Of a stretch of DNA of 64,000 bases, positions 29,841 to 39,011 are shown piece after piece (position 1 is the first letter of the stretch; every line of letters starts with the position of its first letter). The translations under genes and the position numbers were made by a program. The stretch covers positions 12,762 to 76,761 of the forward strand of contig JAGRNR010000004.1 in NCBI GenBank assembly GCA_020440645.1, in the 5' to 3' direction. The notes below the pieces were generated by a model, which was not told where the DNA came from, did no database searches, and saw only the letters and a program-made list of their open reading frames with translations. This DNA comes from a bacterium (GTDB lineage Bacteria > 4484-113 > JAFGCY01).

Positions 29841-30690
29841 TCAGTACCCCCGGATGTACCGCAGTTCCCCGGGGATTGCCCCCTCGATGCTCGTGATCAC
29901 CACCGGCAGTCCGCCCTGCAGGGCCATTGCGTTTGCCATGCCATGCTCAACGTCCATGACCGGCAGCCAGCTGGCGAACCATTCCTGCACGCCGGAGCGT
30001 GCCGGCAGCCAGGCCGGTCCGACGAGGAACAGTTCATTCGCATCCTCGCTGTAGCAGCAGATCTGCGGCAGTCCGCCATACTCCAGCACGGTGATGTAGC
30101 TGCCATACTGCAGGCTGAAACCATGGCTGACAATGCTCCAGTCCGTCGGCCCTGCCGGATCGTCTACCTTTGCGTAGCCATAGACGACATCGTCCCGCTT
30201 GGCTGCGAAAGCGGGCCGGCCGTCAATCACGGCACCGCGCATGAAGTTCATGAAGCCATCCGTTTCGCTGATGCGGTGGTGGCTGAAGTCAGCAACGGAA
30301 GCCGGGTTGCCATCGGTGCGATGTTGAATGCCATCTGCGCGCCGTCGAAGGAGAAGAACGCTGGCCTGCCGTCGTAGTCGAACAGCGAATAGCCGTGACC
30401 GTTGGGCTGCTCGGTGGCGCTTGCCACAGTCCAGTCCGAAGTTGCGGCCGGTATGGACTTTGTGCTGCGCAGCAGGAAACTGTCGTTGTCATCCAGCTCA
30501 GTCTCATTGCCGCGCGCGGATTGTCAGCAGCAGGCGGAAAAGCTGGCAGTGCAGTGCCAGGCAGCAGTGGTACAGTCTCTACGGACGGTCCGGCAGCATT
30601 GCCGTTGTCACCAGCCGGTGTGGTTCGGGCAGGCTGTTATGACCAGGAAACAAGCAGTGCAAGCAGCATCAGTAACGGTAATCGCAGCAT
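29841..30690 (-). pseudogene. Decayed gene for a secreted repeat protein (signal peptide MLRLPLLMLLALLVSWS followed by in-frame TAA and at least two frameshifts)
   Basis: Hand translation: ATG at 30690 gives a signal peptide followed directly by TAA; protein-like segments continue in two other frames (…SLFDYDGRPAFFSFDGAQMAFNIAP… then …FMRGAVIDGRPAFAAKRDDVVYGYAKVDD…GELRYIRGY*), sharing a DGRPAF repeat. Could alternatively reflect sequencing/assembly errors. Confidence 0.4.
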
Positions 30691-30757
30691 GGATGCACCT
30701 CCGCAAAGGCTGCACCAATACTAACACGCTGCCTGTTTGCGTGGCCAGGCCCGCAGC

Positions 30758-33586
30758 TCAGGTTCCTTCGGCATTCCCCTGCTGTTCAGCAATCCGCCGC
30801 TGCAGGTCCTGCACTTCGCCCGGCAGTTCCTGCAGCAGCACGGCTGTCGGGTCCTGCATCCGCTCACGGCACTCTTCAAGCAGCCCGGAGCAGAAGCTGA
30901 GGATGTCCGGATCGCCAGCATCATTCCTTCCAATGAACCGCTCCAGCTGCGATGCCTGCTGCGCGTCATGTGAGCCGCCATGCAGCAGCAGCGAAGCCTC
31001 GATCCTGGCGATATCCATCTTGGCGAGGCTGCCTGGGTTGTCAACATCCAGACCGCGGAACCAGCCCGCCAGCTCTACGGCTCGGGAGTAGTTGCCAATG
31101 CTGAGCTGTGCGCGCATCAGGGTGATGAAGAAGCGCATCAGTCGCAGGTGCGCATTGCGCTCGATGGCAATTGTGTATGCCGTCTCCAGCCGCGAGCAGG
31201 CCTGTTCGTAGTCACCCTCTGAGAAGTCAATCGATCCGAGCGAGCAGAGGCTGAACAGCCTTGAGCTTTCATCTCCGACTTCCTCCGCCATGTGCAGGGC
31301 CCGTTGCGTGTACTCATATGCCTGCGGGATGTCATCGTGCTTGGAGTAATAGACGCCGATGTTTGACGTGATCTGCGTAGCGTGCAGCTGGTCGCCGCTG
31401 GCCCTCGCGCAGTCCAGTGCCTGCAGCAGCAGGCTGATGCCCTGCTCATCGCGCTTCTGCAGCAGGTTGCACAGCGCCAGGTACTGCAGCAGCGATGTCC
31501 GGCTGATGTTCGTGCGCTCGCTGAAACCCTCGCTGTCCAGCCGCAGGAGGATCTCCTCAGCCTCCTGCAAGCGCCCTAGCTGCATCAGATAGCTTGCCAG
31601 CAGCAGGTCGCACTTGGCTAGCTGCGGCTCGTCCTCCGTTTCCACGGCGAGCTCGATCGCCTGTTCCGCCAGTTCCACCGCACGTGGCAGGTCGCCGTCC
31701 AGCAGTGCCACGGCCGAGCGTGAGATCTGCAGGTATGTCGACTGTTCCGGCAGGCTGGGGTCCTGCTCCCGGGCCAGTTGCCAGAGTGCTTCAGCCTGTG
31801 ATTCAAGCGTATCCAGTTGGTCAGTATGCTGGCGCTGGCGCTGGATCTTCACGGATTCAGCTGCCAGCTCATGCGCCTTCCTGTACAGCCCGGCTTCCTT
31901 CATCAGCCGGGTCGCCCTGTCCGCAAGGTCCATACGTTCGCGATTGCCGATTGGAATGGTGCTGAAGTAGAGCAGGAAACTCTCTATCTCAGTACGTTTC
32001 CAGCCTGCAGTGTCCTGCTCGCGGCGGCGCTTCTGCCTGTCCGCCGCGTAGTCGCTGAGCCAGCGCAGGGCGCTGCGCTGCTCGTCCTGCGGCAGCTCCC
32101 CCAGCAGCTTCTCCTCCATGTACTCCCGCAGCAGCTCGCCGAGGCAGTCCCGTACAAGTCCGTGCTCCGGGTTGTCATCTCCGAAGCCCTCCGCCACCCG
32201 CTCGAACAGCAGGCGATGGGTGAAGCCATACAACGACCAGTCCAGCTGCCGCTGCTGTCGGTTCACCAGCTGGTGCACTTCCGTCAATTCAGTCAGCCAG
32301 GCGCTGGCCCGGATCGGCTTGATGTCCATCTCACGCGATACGAGGGCGATCAGCTCATCGAGGAAGCGCTGGCCCTGCACGCTGGCCCATTCCAGCACCC
32401 GGCGACGGTTGCCATCCAGCAGGCGCAGGCGGCGGTCGATCAGCTCCCGGATGCCCGCCGGAATGCGGGACAGTTCATCGCTGCCAACCGTCAGTGCCCC
32501 GTTGCTGTCAACCCAGCCTTCCTCCCGGACCAGCAGCGCATAGTTCACGGCATAGAAGGGATGGTTGCCGGCGCGGCTTGCGATGGCCTGAATTGTCTCG
32601 TCAGACGCATGCGGGATGTGGTCGGAGATGATGCTGTTGATGGCTGCCTGGTCCAGGTCCTGCGTGAGGTCAATCCGGCGCACGTTGGCTTCACCGGTAT
32701 GCCGGATCAAGCCCGTCTCCAGCTCGGCGGCCGTGGCAGCCAGCCGGTTCTCCCCGTCCTCTGCTGCCCGCAGCTGGCTGGCCAGTTCGTTGGAGCGGAT
32801 CGTGCTGATGCACAACAGGCTCCACTCCCGCTCCACCCCGAGTTCCAGCATCCGCTGCACGAAGCCGAGGCTGCGCGCGTCCGCCCACTGCGCATCGTCC
32901 AGCACCAGCACCAGCGGGACGGTCGGCAGCTTGTTGTCCGCCGGGTCATTCAGCGTGGACAGCAGGCGGCTGATCATGTCTTCGGGCTTCTGCCCATGGT
33001 AGATGTCCTTCCCGCCTGAAAGTTCCGTGATGCTGCGGCCTCCCTTCAGTTCACGCTGGCGCTTGCCGAGTTGCCAGACCGAGCGAAGCGCGGCGTACAC
33101 GTCCACCAGCGGACCGACGGGTGTGAAGCCCAGCCCGGCCTCGAGGAAACTGCGTCCGGCATCCAACCAGGCATCCTTCACAAGCTTGGCACGCATGATG
33201 CCGTCGAGGTGCAGTGAAAGCTGCTCCATCGCATCAAGGAAGGGGGCGAAACTGTCCGGCACATGCTCATTGCCCTGGCGGCAGACCACCGCCCACCACA
33301 TGAATGGCAATGGGATCTTCGGCGGACCTTCCACGGGGAAGCGCGGCCGCACGCTATCGAGCACACGTGCGCCGAGGAACAGGTCGGGCCAGTAGCCGTT
33401 GCCGCTTTCAACTGCCGCCGGGTCGTACTGCGTTGTCAGGATGCGGTACAGCTCCTGCACCAGCCGGGTTTTGCCCAGCCCAGGCTCGCCCGCAATCCGC
33501 ACGTAACGCACCTGGCCCTGGCGTGCCTCTTCCCATGCCTCAACCAGTAGGGCGAGCTCGGCGTCCCGTCCGTGCAGTGCGTGCAT
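30758..33586 (-). CDS. STAND-type NTPase (AAA_16-like) with TPR-like repeats; paralog of 26978-29794
   Basis: MHALHGRDAELALLVEAWEEARQGQVRYVRIAGEPGLGKTRLVQELYRIL; LVLVLDDAQWAD; alignable with the neighbour over the N-terminal ~530 aa; uniformly GC-rich; C-terminus lacks HTH. Confidence 0.75.
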   Translation of the reverse strand: MHALHGRDAELALLVEAWEEARQGQVRYVRIAGEPGLGKTRLVQELYRILTTQYDPAAVESGNGYWPDLFLGARVLDSVRPRFPVEGPPKIPLPFMWWAVVCRQGNEHVPDSFAPFLDAMEQLSLHLDGIMRAKLVKDAWLDAGRSFLEAGLGFTPVGPLVDVYAALRSVWQLGKRQRELKGGRSITELSGGKDIYHGQKPEDMISRLLSTLNDPADNKLPTVPLVLVLDDAQWADARSLGFVQRMLELGVEREWSLLCISTIRSNELASQLRAAEDGENRLAATAAELETGLIRHTGEANVRRIDLTQDLDQAAINSIISDHIPHASDETIQAIASRAGNHPFYAVNYALLVREEGWVDSNGALTVGSDELSRIPAGIRELIDRRLRLLDGNRRRVLEWASVQGQRFLDELIALVSREMDIKPIRASAWLTELTEVHQLVNRQQRQLDWSLYGFTHRLLFERVAEGFGDDNPEHGLVRDCLGELLREYMEEKLLGELPQDEQRSALRWLSDYAADRQKRRREQDTAGWKRTEIESFLLYFSTIPIGNRERMDLADRATRLMKEAGLYRKAHELAAESVKIQRQRQHTDQLDTLESQAEALWQLAREQDPSLPEQSTYLQISRSAVALLDGDLPRAVELAEQAIELAVETEDEPQLAKCDLLLASYLMQLGRLQEAEEILLRLDSEGFSERTNISRTSLLQYLALCNLLQKRDEQGISLLLQALDCARASGDQLHATQITSNIGVYYSKHDDIPQAYEYTQRALHMAEEVGDESSRLFSLCSLGSIDFSEGDYEQACSRLETAYTIAIERNAHLRLMRFFITLMRAQLSIGNYSRAVELAGWFRGLDVDNPGSLAKMDIARIEASLLLHGGSHDAQQASQLERFIGRNDAGDPDILSFCSGLLEECRERMQDPTAVLLQELPGEVQDLQRRIAEQQGNAEGT

Positions 33587-33710
33587 CCGTCGATTATATC
33601 CAGCAACCGGAAAGCGTCGAGACCTTGTGGAGGAAGTGAACTTTGCTGGAATTTCAGACGAAGGCTAAATGCTTTTCCGCTGCGAACGATTATTGATATA
33701 GGGAGTCTTA

Positions 33711-33932
33711 ATGGCCATGAGCACGAATCGGTCAACAATCGGCCTGGTGGCGGCACTGTCGGTGCTGCTGATCGTGCTCGCCTTCATCACCCGTGAGGTG
33801 CTGGACATCGGCACCGGCGAGCGGCCCGTGCGTGCGCGCATCACCGTCGGCGGCATGGAGCAGCCGGGGGATGAGGCAGGCCTTGAAGCCGAGCAGCCGG
33901 ACATCCGGATCCCGCAACCCGACGAAGACTGA
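33711..33932 (+). CDS. Small (73 aa) single-pass membrane protein, hypothetical
   Basis: One hydrophobic helix IGLVAALSVLLIVLAFI followed by acidic tail; ORF-track only. Confidence 0.25.
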   Translation: MAMSTNRSTIGLVAALSVLLIVLAFITREVLDIGTGERPVRARITVGGMEQPGDEAGLEAEQPDIRIPQPDED

Positions 33933-33998
33933 TTCCGGTGTTTCCAGCAGGTGGCAACCAGCTGGCCTGTCCTCCCGCTCATTCCGGATGCTTCTACA

Positions 33999-34856
33999 TC
34001 ACTTCGTGACTGTCTTCCCGTCTGCATACATTTCGTCAAGCATCGCCAGCAGCAGCTCATGGCGGCGGTTGGTGAACTGCCTGGGGTCGTTTGTCAGCAT
34101 GATGTTGATCAGCAGAAGGGGCATGGCGGCGATTGGCAGTATGGCCAGCAGCAGGCCACTCGCCATCGCGGTGCCGCGCAGGACGGAAAGCACGCGCTCC
34201 GCCATCAACCGCCGGCGGACGGCGGAACCGCCCATCCCGAGGAACAGCTCAAGATTGTCAGCCATCAGCCGGCCATTCACAAGCTCCGTTTCTGTATGCT
34301 GGCCGCGTGCCAGGGGAGGCAGGCGCACCAGGTCGTATTCCGAAACCGGGCTGCCGTATACATTTGAGACAAGCTCCAGGATATCCAGTTCATGCAGCCG
34401 CTTGCCGAGTTGCTTCCTCAGGCCTGTTGAGGATTGGGCTCCAAGCGTGCATCCAACCGTAACTGTGGCCATCACTGCGATGGCAATGATTTCGGGTACG
34501 CTCCAGCCAACCTGCCCAAATGAGGGAAACAGGCTGTAACTGCCAATGGCGAAGAACAACAGCAGGACGACGATTCCAATCAGGAAAATGAACGAGATGG
34601 ACATGAAACTCCTGCCCACCCCGGCGAACAGTTGTTCGACGGAGCCATGTCCGCGTGTTGAGAGATACCAGTCCAGCACTTCCAGCAACTGCCAGTCGTC
34701 AGGTTCGTCCTCGTTGGTGACGACCGGTGACCACAGCTCCCAAAGAATCCTGCGCAGCTGCTTCGGGATGCGCCGGCCCTCGTGGAAGCGCTCCTTATTG
34801 GTCATGCCCCCGAGCTGCTGCCGCGTGATGTCCCCACTTGATTCCTGTTGGTCCAT
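33999..34856 (-). CDS. Integral membrane protein of unknown function
   Basis: Cytoplasmic N-terminal region then multiple TM helices (SISFIFLIGIVVLLLFFAIGSYSLF; IIAIAVMATVTVGCTLGA; LLLAILPIAAMPLLLINIML). Divergent from the ArsR-family gene. Confidence 0.5.
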   Translation of the reverse strand: MDQQESSGDITRQQLGGMTNKERFHEGRRIPKQLRRILWELWSPVVTNEDEPDDWQLLEVLDWYLSTRGHGSVEQLFAGVGRSFMSISFIFLIGIVVLLLFFAIGSYSLFPSFGQVGWSVPEIIAIAVMATVTVGCTLGAQSSTGLRKQLGKRLHELDILELVSNVYGSPVSEYDLVRLPPLARGQHTETELVNGRLMADNLELFLGMGGSAVRRRLMAERVLSVLRGTAMASGLLLAILPIAAMPLLLINIMLTNDPRQFTNRRHELLLAMLDEMYADGKTVTK

Positions 34857-34937
34857 TCAGGTTGCTGGTATCTCCTGAACCCAGTATAGATCAGGGTCCA
34901 GCCGTCGTCGTGTACATGATTTTCGCGAATTTACAGG

Positions 34938-34985
34938 AAAATTTGTAAAATCACTTGCTTTCTACAAATAAATTTGTATAATCAC
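34938..34985 (+). promoter_or_regulatory. Candidate promoter/operator of the ArsR-family gene: direct repeats AAATTTGTA(A/T)AATCAC x2 (32 bp apart), 16-bp palindrome TACAAATAAATTTGTA, -35 TTGCTT (34955-60), 16-nt spacer, -10 TATAAT (34977-82)
   Basis: Read from the sequence in the AT-rich 34857-35014 divergent intergenic region. Repeats overlap the -35 and -10 elements, as in autoregulated repressor operators. GTG start 35015 preceded by GAGGAG. Confidence 0.45.
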
Positions 34986-35014
34986 AGTATCAGCTTCGAG
35001 GAGCGAGCGAAACG

Positions 35015-35617
35015 GTGAAGAAGGAACAGGTAGTCGGGAGCCTCGGTGAGGCAAGGGTACTGCTCAAGCCGCTGCGCATGGACATCATGCACCTGCTGGC
35101 GGAGCCGCACTCCTGCACCGAGATTGCAGGCAACCTGGGGCTGACGCCGCAGAAGGTGCACTACCACGTCAAGGTGCTGGAGAAGGCCGGGTTCGTGGAG
35201 CAGGTGGATGAGCGGCAGGCCCGTGGCCTGAAGGAAGCGATCTACCGGGTCACCGCCCAGAGCGTGTCCTTCGCGCCGGCGCTCGTGGCAGCCCTCGGAG
35301 GAAGGGAGAAGCTCAGGGACAACCTGAGCGTCGGATACATGATGGGTCTCGCGGATGAACTGGCACGTGATTCAAATCGCCTCGCGATGATGCGGGACGA
35401 GACCCCGACGCTCAACCTGAGTGCCCAGATCGAGCTGGCTGATGCCTCGCAGCGAGGTGAGTTCATGGCGGAATTGCAGCAGCTGATCCAGTTCCTCGCG
35501 GAGAAGTACGGAGCTGACGACGGAGTGCCGCGCGACGGTGCGGACATCTTCAAGCTGGTGCTGGCCTGCTACCGCAATCCGGACAGCACCGACGAGGGCG
35601 GGCCCTCGCCCAACTAA
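35015..35617 (+). CDS. ArsR/SmtB-family winged-helix transcriptional regulator with C-terminal extension
   Basis: HTH region LKPLRMDIMHLLAEPHSCTEIAGNLGLTPQKVHYHVKVLEKAGFV; typically found next to AHSA1/SRPBCC genes. Confidence 0.7.
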   Translation: MKKEQVVGSLGEARVLLKPLRMDIMHLLAEPHSCTEIAGNLGLTPQKVHYHVKVLEKAGFVEQVDERQARGLKEAIYRVTAQSVSFAPALVAALGGREKLRDNLSVGYMMGLADELARDSNRLAMMRDETPTLNLSAQIELADASQRGEFMAELQQLIQFLAEKYGADDGVPRDGADIFKLVLACYRNPDSTDEGGPSPN

Positions 35618-35678
35618 GCGGCCCGCAACCCGTGACTGCGATGCAGCTTCGGCTGCCGCTGGCGCGCGGATACAGGAA

Positions 35679-36197
35679 ATGAACGAGAGGTGTGACATGC
35701 AGGGATTCAAGCGGTGCGCCGGAATGCTGCGTACGAACATGGTTGTCAGGGCAGGCAAGCCACAGGTATATGCCGCGCTGACAGAACCAGCCAGGCTCAG
35801 GCAGTGGCTGTGCGAGGGAGCGGATGTGGAGCTCGATCGCGGGATCTACCGCCTGTGGGGGCGCGGCCTGGCGGGCAGCCCCGGTCAGTGGGCTGATGCC
35901 GTGGGACTCGTTGCCAGCCGCGCGCCTGAGCTGCTGGTACTGGGCCAGCGGTACGCAGGGGTGGAAGTTGAGCTCGAGTTCATCCTCAGCTCGACGATCG
36001 GCGGACTGAACATCCAGTTCAGCATGCGCGGGCTGGAAGAACTGCCGGATGCTGAACGAATCCGCCTGGCGGAAAGCTGGAGTGCGGCGCTGCTGAACCT
36101 GAGGGGCCAGCTCGAGAATGCCCGGCCGCTAGCGATGCCCCCGCTGGTGTCGGCGGCACTTGAGCAGGGAGGACGGACCCTGCTACGAAGCGTATAG
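35679..36197 (+). CDS. SRPBCC-superfamily protein (AHSA1/Activator-of-Hsp90-ATPase homolog-like, single domain)
   Basis: VVRAGKPQVYAALTEPARLRQWL…; start chosen at internal ATG (35679); upstream part of the ORF-track entry looks non-coding. Confidence 0.55.
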   Translation: MNERCDMQGFKRCAGMLRTNMVVRAGKPQVYAALTEPARLRQWLCEGADVELDRGIYRLWGRGLAGSPGQWADAVGLVASRAPELLVLGQRYAGVEVELEFILSSTIGGLNIQFSMRGLEELPDAERIRLAESWSAALLNLRGQLENARPLAMPPLVSAALEQGGRTLLRSV

Positions 36198-36258
36198 TTG
36201 CTGCAGGGGCGGCAAAGTGAAAAGCGCCGGGAACGCCGGCGGGCAATACTGACAACAT

Positions 36259-37170
36259 TTGGGAGAAGACATGAGCGGAATGGAACAGGAACGGTTAGAG
36301 GTCAGGCTGGCAATCGATATCAGGTCCAGCCGGGAGAAGGTCTGGCGGGCGCTGACGGACTGGCAGCAGCTAAACGGCTGGCTCAGTGACAAGGCGGACG
36401 TGGACCTGCCGGCGGGCCGCTTCAAGCTGTGTGGCAACAGGCTGCCGGACAGTCCATGTGATGGCACTGACAAGTTCAGCCTGGCCGGCTATGAGGATCG
36501 CAGCAGGCTGGAGCTCAACTGGCAGTTCCGTGCTGGCAACACCGGGCTGTCTTTCCAGCTCAGTGGCGACGGTGATGCCTGCCGCGTCGAGCTGGCACAT
36601 ACGGATGTGCCTCGCCGGGGCGAGACCGAAGTGACGATGATCGAATACTGGCAGTGGGTGCTGCTGGCCCTGCGAGGCTATTGCGAGACCGGCAGCCGGC
36701 CGGGCATCTTCGAGTTCGGGGCTGAGCAGCGGACTGGGCAGCTTGAGGTCGGGATTGACATTGCCGCGGAGCGCGAGACCGTCTACAACATCCTTGCCAG
36801 CAGTGATGGCCTGAAGGGCATCTTCGGAGGCGAGGGGCCGGAAGTTGAGCTCAGGGATGGTGGCAAGTACAGCTACGGCTGGGGACCGAACGAGGGCCCG
36901 ACGAAGGTGATCAGCTTCAAGCCCAATGAACTGATCCACACCGACTGGTACCACGGCACTGATCCCGAAACCTTCATCACCTGGAAGCTCAGCGGCAGCG
37001 GGGGGCGCACCCGGCTGACGCTGGTGCACAGCGGCTTCCCGAACGAGGCGCAGAAGCACGACTACGAAGCCGGCTGGTTCCACTTCCTCGTCGAGCTGCG
37101 TGAGCTTGCCGAAGGCAACAGCGATCGCAAGGTGGAAGTACTGGCCAGGCCGGACGGCTGGGCCATCTGA
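36259..37170 (+). CDS. Tandem-AHSA1/SRPBCC-domain protein
   Basis: Two repeats: VRLAIDIRSSREKVWRALTDWQQLNGWL… and EVGIDIAAERETVYNILASSDGLKGIFG…; each ~140 aa. Confidence 0.6.
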   Translation: MGEDMSGMEQERLEVRLAIDIRSSREKVWRALTDWQQLNGWLSDKADVDLPAGRFKLCGNRLPDSPCDGTDKFSLAGYEDRSRLELNWQFRAGNTGLSFQLSGDGDACRVELAHTDVPRRGETEVTMIEYWQWVLLALRGYCETGSRPGIFEFGAEQRTGQLEVGIDIAAERETVYNILASSDGLKGIFGGEGPEVELRDGGKYSYGWGPNEGPTKVISFKPNELIHTDWYHGTDPETFITWKLSGSGGRTRLTLVHSGFPNEAQKHDYEAGWFHFLVELRELAEGNSDRKVEVLARPDGWAI

Positions 37171-37202
37171 CCAACACATGAAACTGACAACGGAGCACTG
37201 AA

Positions 37203-38069
37203 ATGAGCAAGACTATCAACACGACCGTGAGGATCAACCGGCCGGCAGCGGAGATCTTCCGCCTGCTGACAACGACCAGTGAACTGGAGCAGTGGTTCGC
37301 TGAGCATGCCAAGGTGGACCTGGCAGGGGGGAGCTACGGATTCTGGGGACGTTACACCCCGGGGCTGCCATCCGAAGCACAGCAGCAGCTGAAGGGATTT
37401 CAGCAGGACCGCAGCCTTAGCTATGTCTGGCTCGTGAATGGCAACGATACTGAAGTGGAATTCACGCTGGATCCCGATGGCGATTCCACTGTGGTGAAGC
37501 TTGTGACCCATGGCAACCGCGAGTGGGAGGAGGGCAGCGGATCGATGACGGACTTCTGGGTGGCCGCACTGGAGAACCTGCGCCTGCATGCCCATGGGCA
37601 TGCGCAGATCCTCAGGTGTGACTACAACCATGTGCGCGGCCCGGTGGACTGCGCAGTGGAAGTTGCCAGCGGGGCCTCGGCAGTCTGGGAAGGCCTCACA
37701 GATCCCGGGCAGCTGGACCGCTTCTTCGCCAGCGGGGCACGTGTCGTGCTGGAGCCGGGCGGAGAGTTCAGTTACGGCTGGGAGAACGGCGGGCCCCAGA
37801 GCGTTGTCAGCCTCGAACCCGGCCGCAGCCTCGAGGTGCGCTGGCTGTGGGGTACTGAGGACGACACTGTGGTGCGCTGGGAGCTCAAGGAAAGCAGTGG
37901 ACGGACGCGGATCAGCCTGCTTCACAGCGGCTTCGGCGAGCGCAAGACCCAGGACTACCACGCCGGCTGGACGAGCTTCCTCGTCTCGCTGAAGGCAATG
38001 CTCGAGCTGGGCAGCGACTGGAGCAAGGTGCAGACCGACGGCTATGTGCCGGAAGGCGCAACTGCCTGA
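37203..38069 (+). CDS. Tandem-AHSA1/SRPBCC-domain protein (paralog)
   Basis: TTVRINRPAAEIFRLLTTTSELEQWF… and DCAVEVASGASAVWEGLTDPGQLDRFF…; the C-terminal half is similar to the previous gene (HSGFPNEAQKHDYEAGWFHFLVELRELAE vs HSGFGERKTQDYHAGWTSFLVSLKAMLE). Confidence 0.6.
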   Translation: MSKTINTTVRINRPAAEIFRLLTTTSELEQWFAEHAKVDLAGGSYGFWGRYTPGLPSEAQQQLKGFQQDRSLSYVWLVNGNDTEVEFTLDPDGDSTVVKLVTHGNREWEEGSGSMTDFWVAALENLRLHAHGHAQILRCDYNHVRGPVDCAVEVASGASAVWEGLTDPGQLDRFFASGARVVLEPGGEFSYGWENGGPQSVVSLEPGRSLEVRWLWGTEDDTVVRWELKESSGRTRISLLHSGFGERKTQDYHAGWTSFLVSLKAMLELGSDWSKVQTDGYVPEGATA

Positions 38070-38165
38070 TACTTGGACAATGCAGCGGCTGGCTTGTGGA
38101 GATCACGGGCCAGCCGCTATCCTCATACTGCTTCGGGGGAAGCCAGGAATAACGGGAGGCGGGAA

Positions 38166-38954
38166 ATGTCAGATGCAACGGGCGGCGCACCGCAGGCGCC
38201 GCGTGGTAGTGGGGAGCACCCGATCTGCTGGGTGGAGATCCGCTCAACGGATCTCCAGAAGGCACATGATTTCTATGGCACTGTGTTCGGCTGGGAGCTG
38301 TCCGACTTTGGCGACACGTTCAAGGTGCACTATGCACCGGGACATCTCGGGATGGGCTTCAGCAAGGGCTGGCGCGATGAACTGCCAAACTCGCTGTTCT
38401 ACATCGCGGTGCCCGACATTGACGATGTTGTGGCGAAGGTCGTGGCGCGCGGCGGCGAACTGGTTGAGCCAAAGCAGCCGATCGGTCCAGACATGCCGAA
38501 CTCTGCGATTGTCAGGAATGCCCAGGGGGTGCACCTCGGGCTGTTTGACGGGGCCAAATCGCCCCAGCCCTATGTGCCGGCACCGTGGACGGCACCTGAA
38601 CCGGTTGAGCCGAACACCGTCTGCAGTGTGGAGATCCACGGAGGCACGGACCTCTCCGACGCTGAGAACTTCTACGGCGGGCTGTTCGGCTGGGGCACGG
38701 CGTCAATGGGACCGCAGTACATGATGTACGACCCCGGAGCCGGTGTCGGCGGAGTGTTCCAGGGACATACGCCGCAGGCCCCGGTGATGATCTACATCTA
38801 CGTGACGGACGTGATGGCGGCACTTGAGAAGATCGTTGCCAGCGGCGGCAAGCAGATCGGCGAGGCGGCGGCCATGCCCGGCATGGGGATGTTCGGCTAC
38901 TTCTCCGATCCAAATGGAGTGGTGCTGGGCCTGATCGGCCCGGCCGGAAACTGA
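38166..38954 (+). CDS. Tandem VOC-family (glyoxalase/bleomycin-resistance/dioxygenase fold) protein, cytoplasmic
   Basis: Two VOC modules: ICWVEIRSTDLQKAHDFYGTVFGWEL… and VCSVEIHGGTDLSDAENFYGGLFGWGT…; likely start at MSDATGG (38166). Confidence 0.65.
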   Translation: MSDATGGAPQAPRGSGEHPICWVEIRSTDLQKAHDFYGTVFGWELSDFGDTFKVHYAPGHLGMGFSKGWRDELPNSLFYIAVPDIDDVVAKVVARGGELVEPKQPIGPDMPNSAIVRNAQGVHLGLFDGAKSPQPYVPAPWTAPEPVEPNTVCSVEIHGGTDLSDAENFYGGLFGWGTASMGPQYMMYDPGAGVGGVFQGHTPQAPVMIYIYVTDVMAALEKIVASGGKQIGEAAAMPGMGMFGYFSDPNGVVLGLIGPAGN

Positions 38955-39011
38955 TATCATTTCGCCTTCGCGCCACAAGCGCGGGATGGTTCATAAAAGG
39001 AGTAATCAGTC

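Noticed and set aside
26978-33586. Annotating the STAND proteins as MalT/LuxR-type transcriptional activators
   Set aside because: No helix-turn-helix is discernible at either C-terminus; the repeats look TPR-like only.
35538-35678. N-terminal 47 aa of ORF-track entry 35538-36197
   Set aside because: Overlaps the ArsR gene's 3' end in another frame and is Ala/Arg/Pro-rich; an internal ATG at 35679 gives a clean AHSA1 domain protein.
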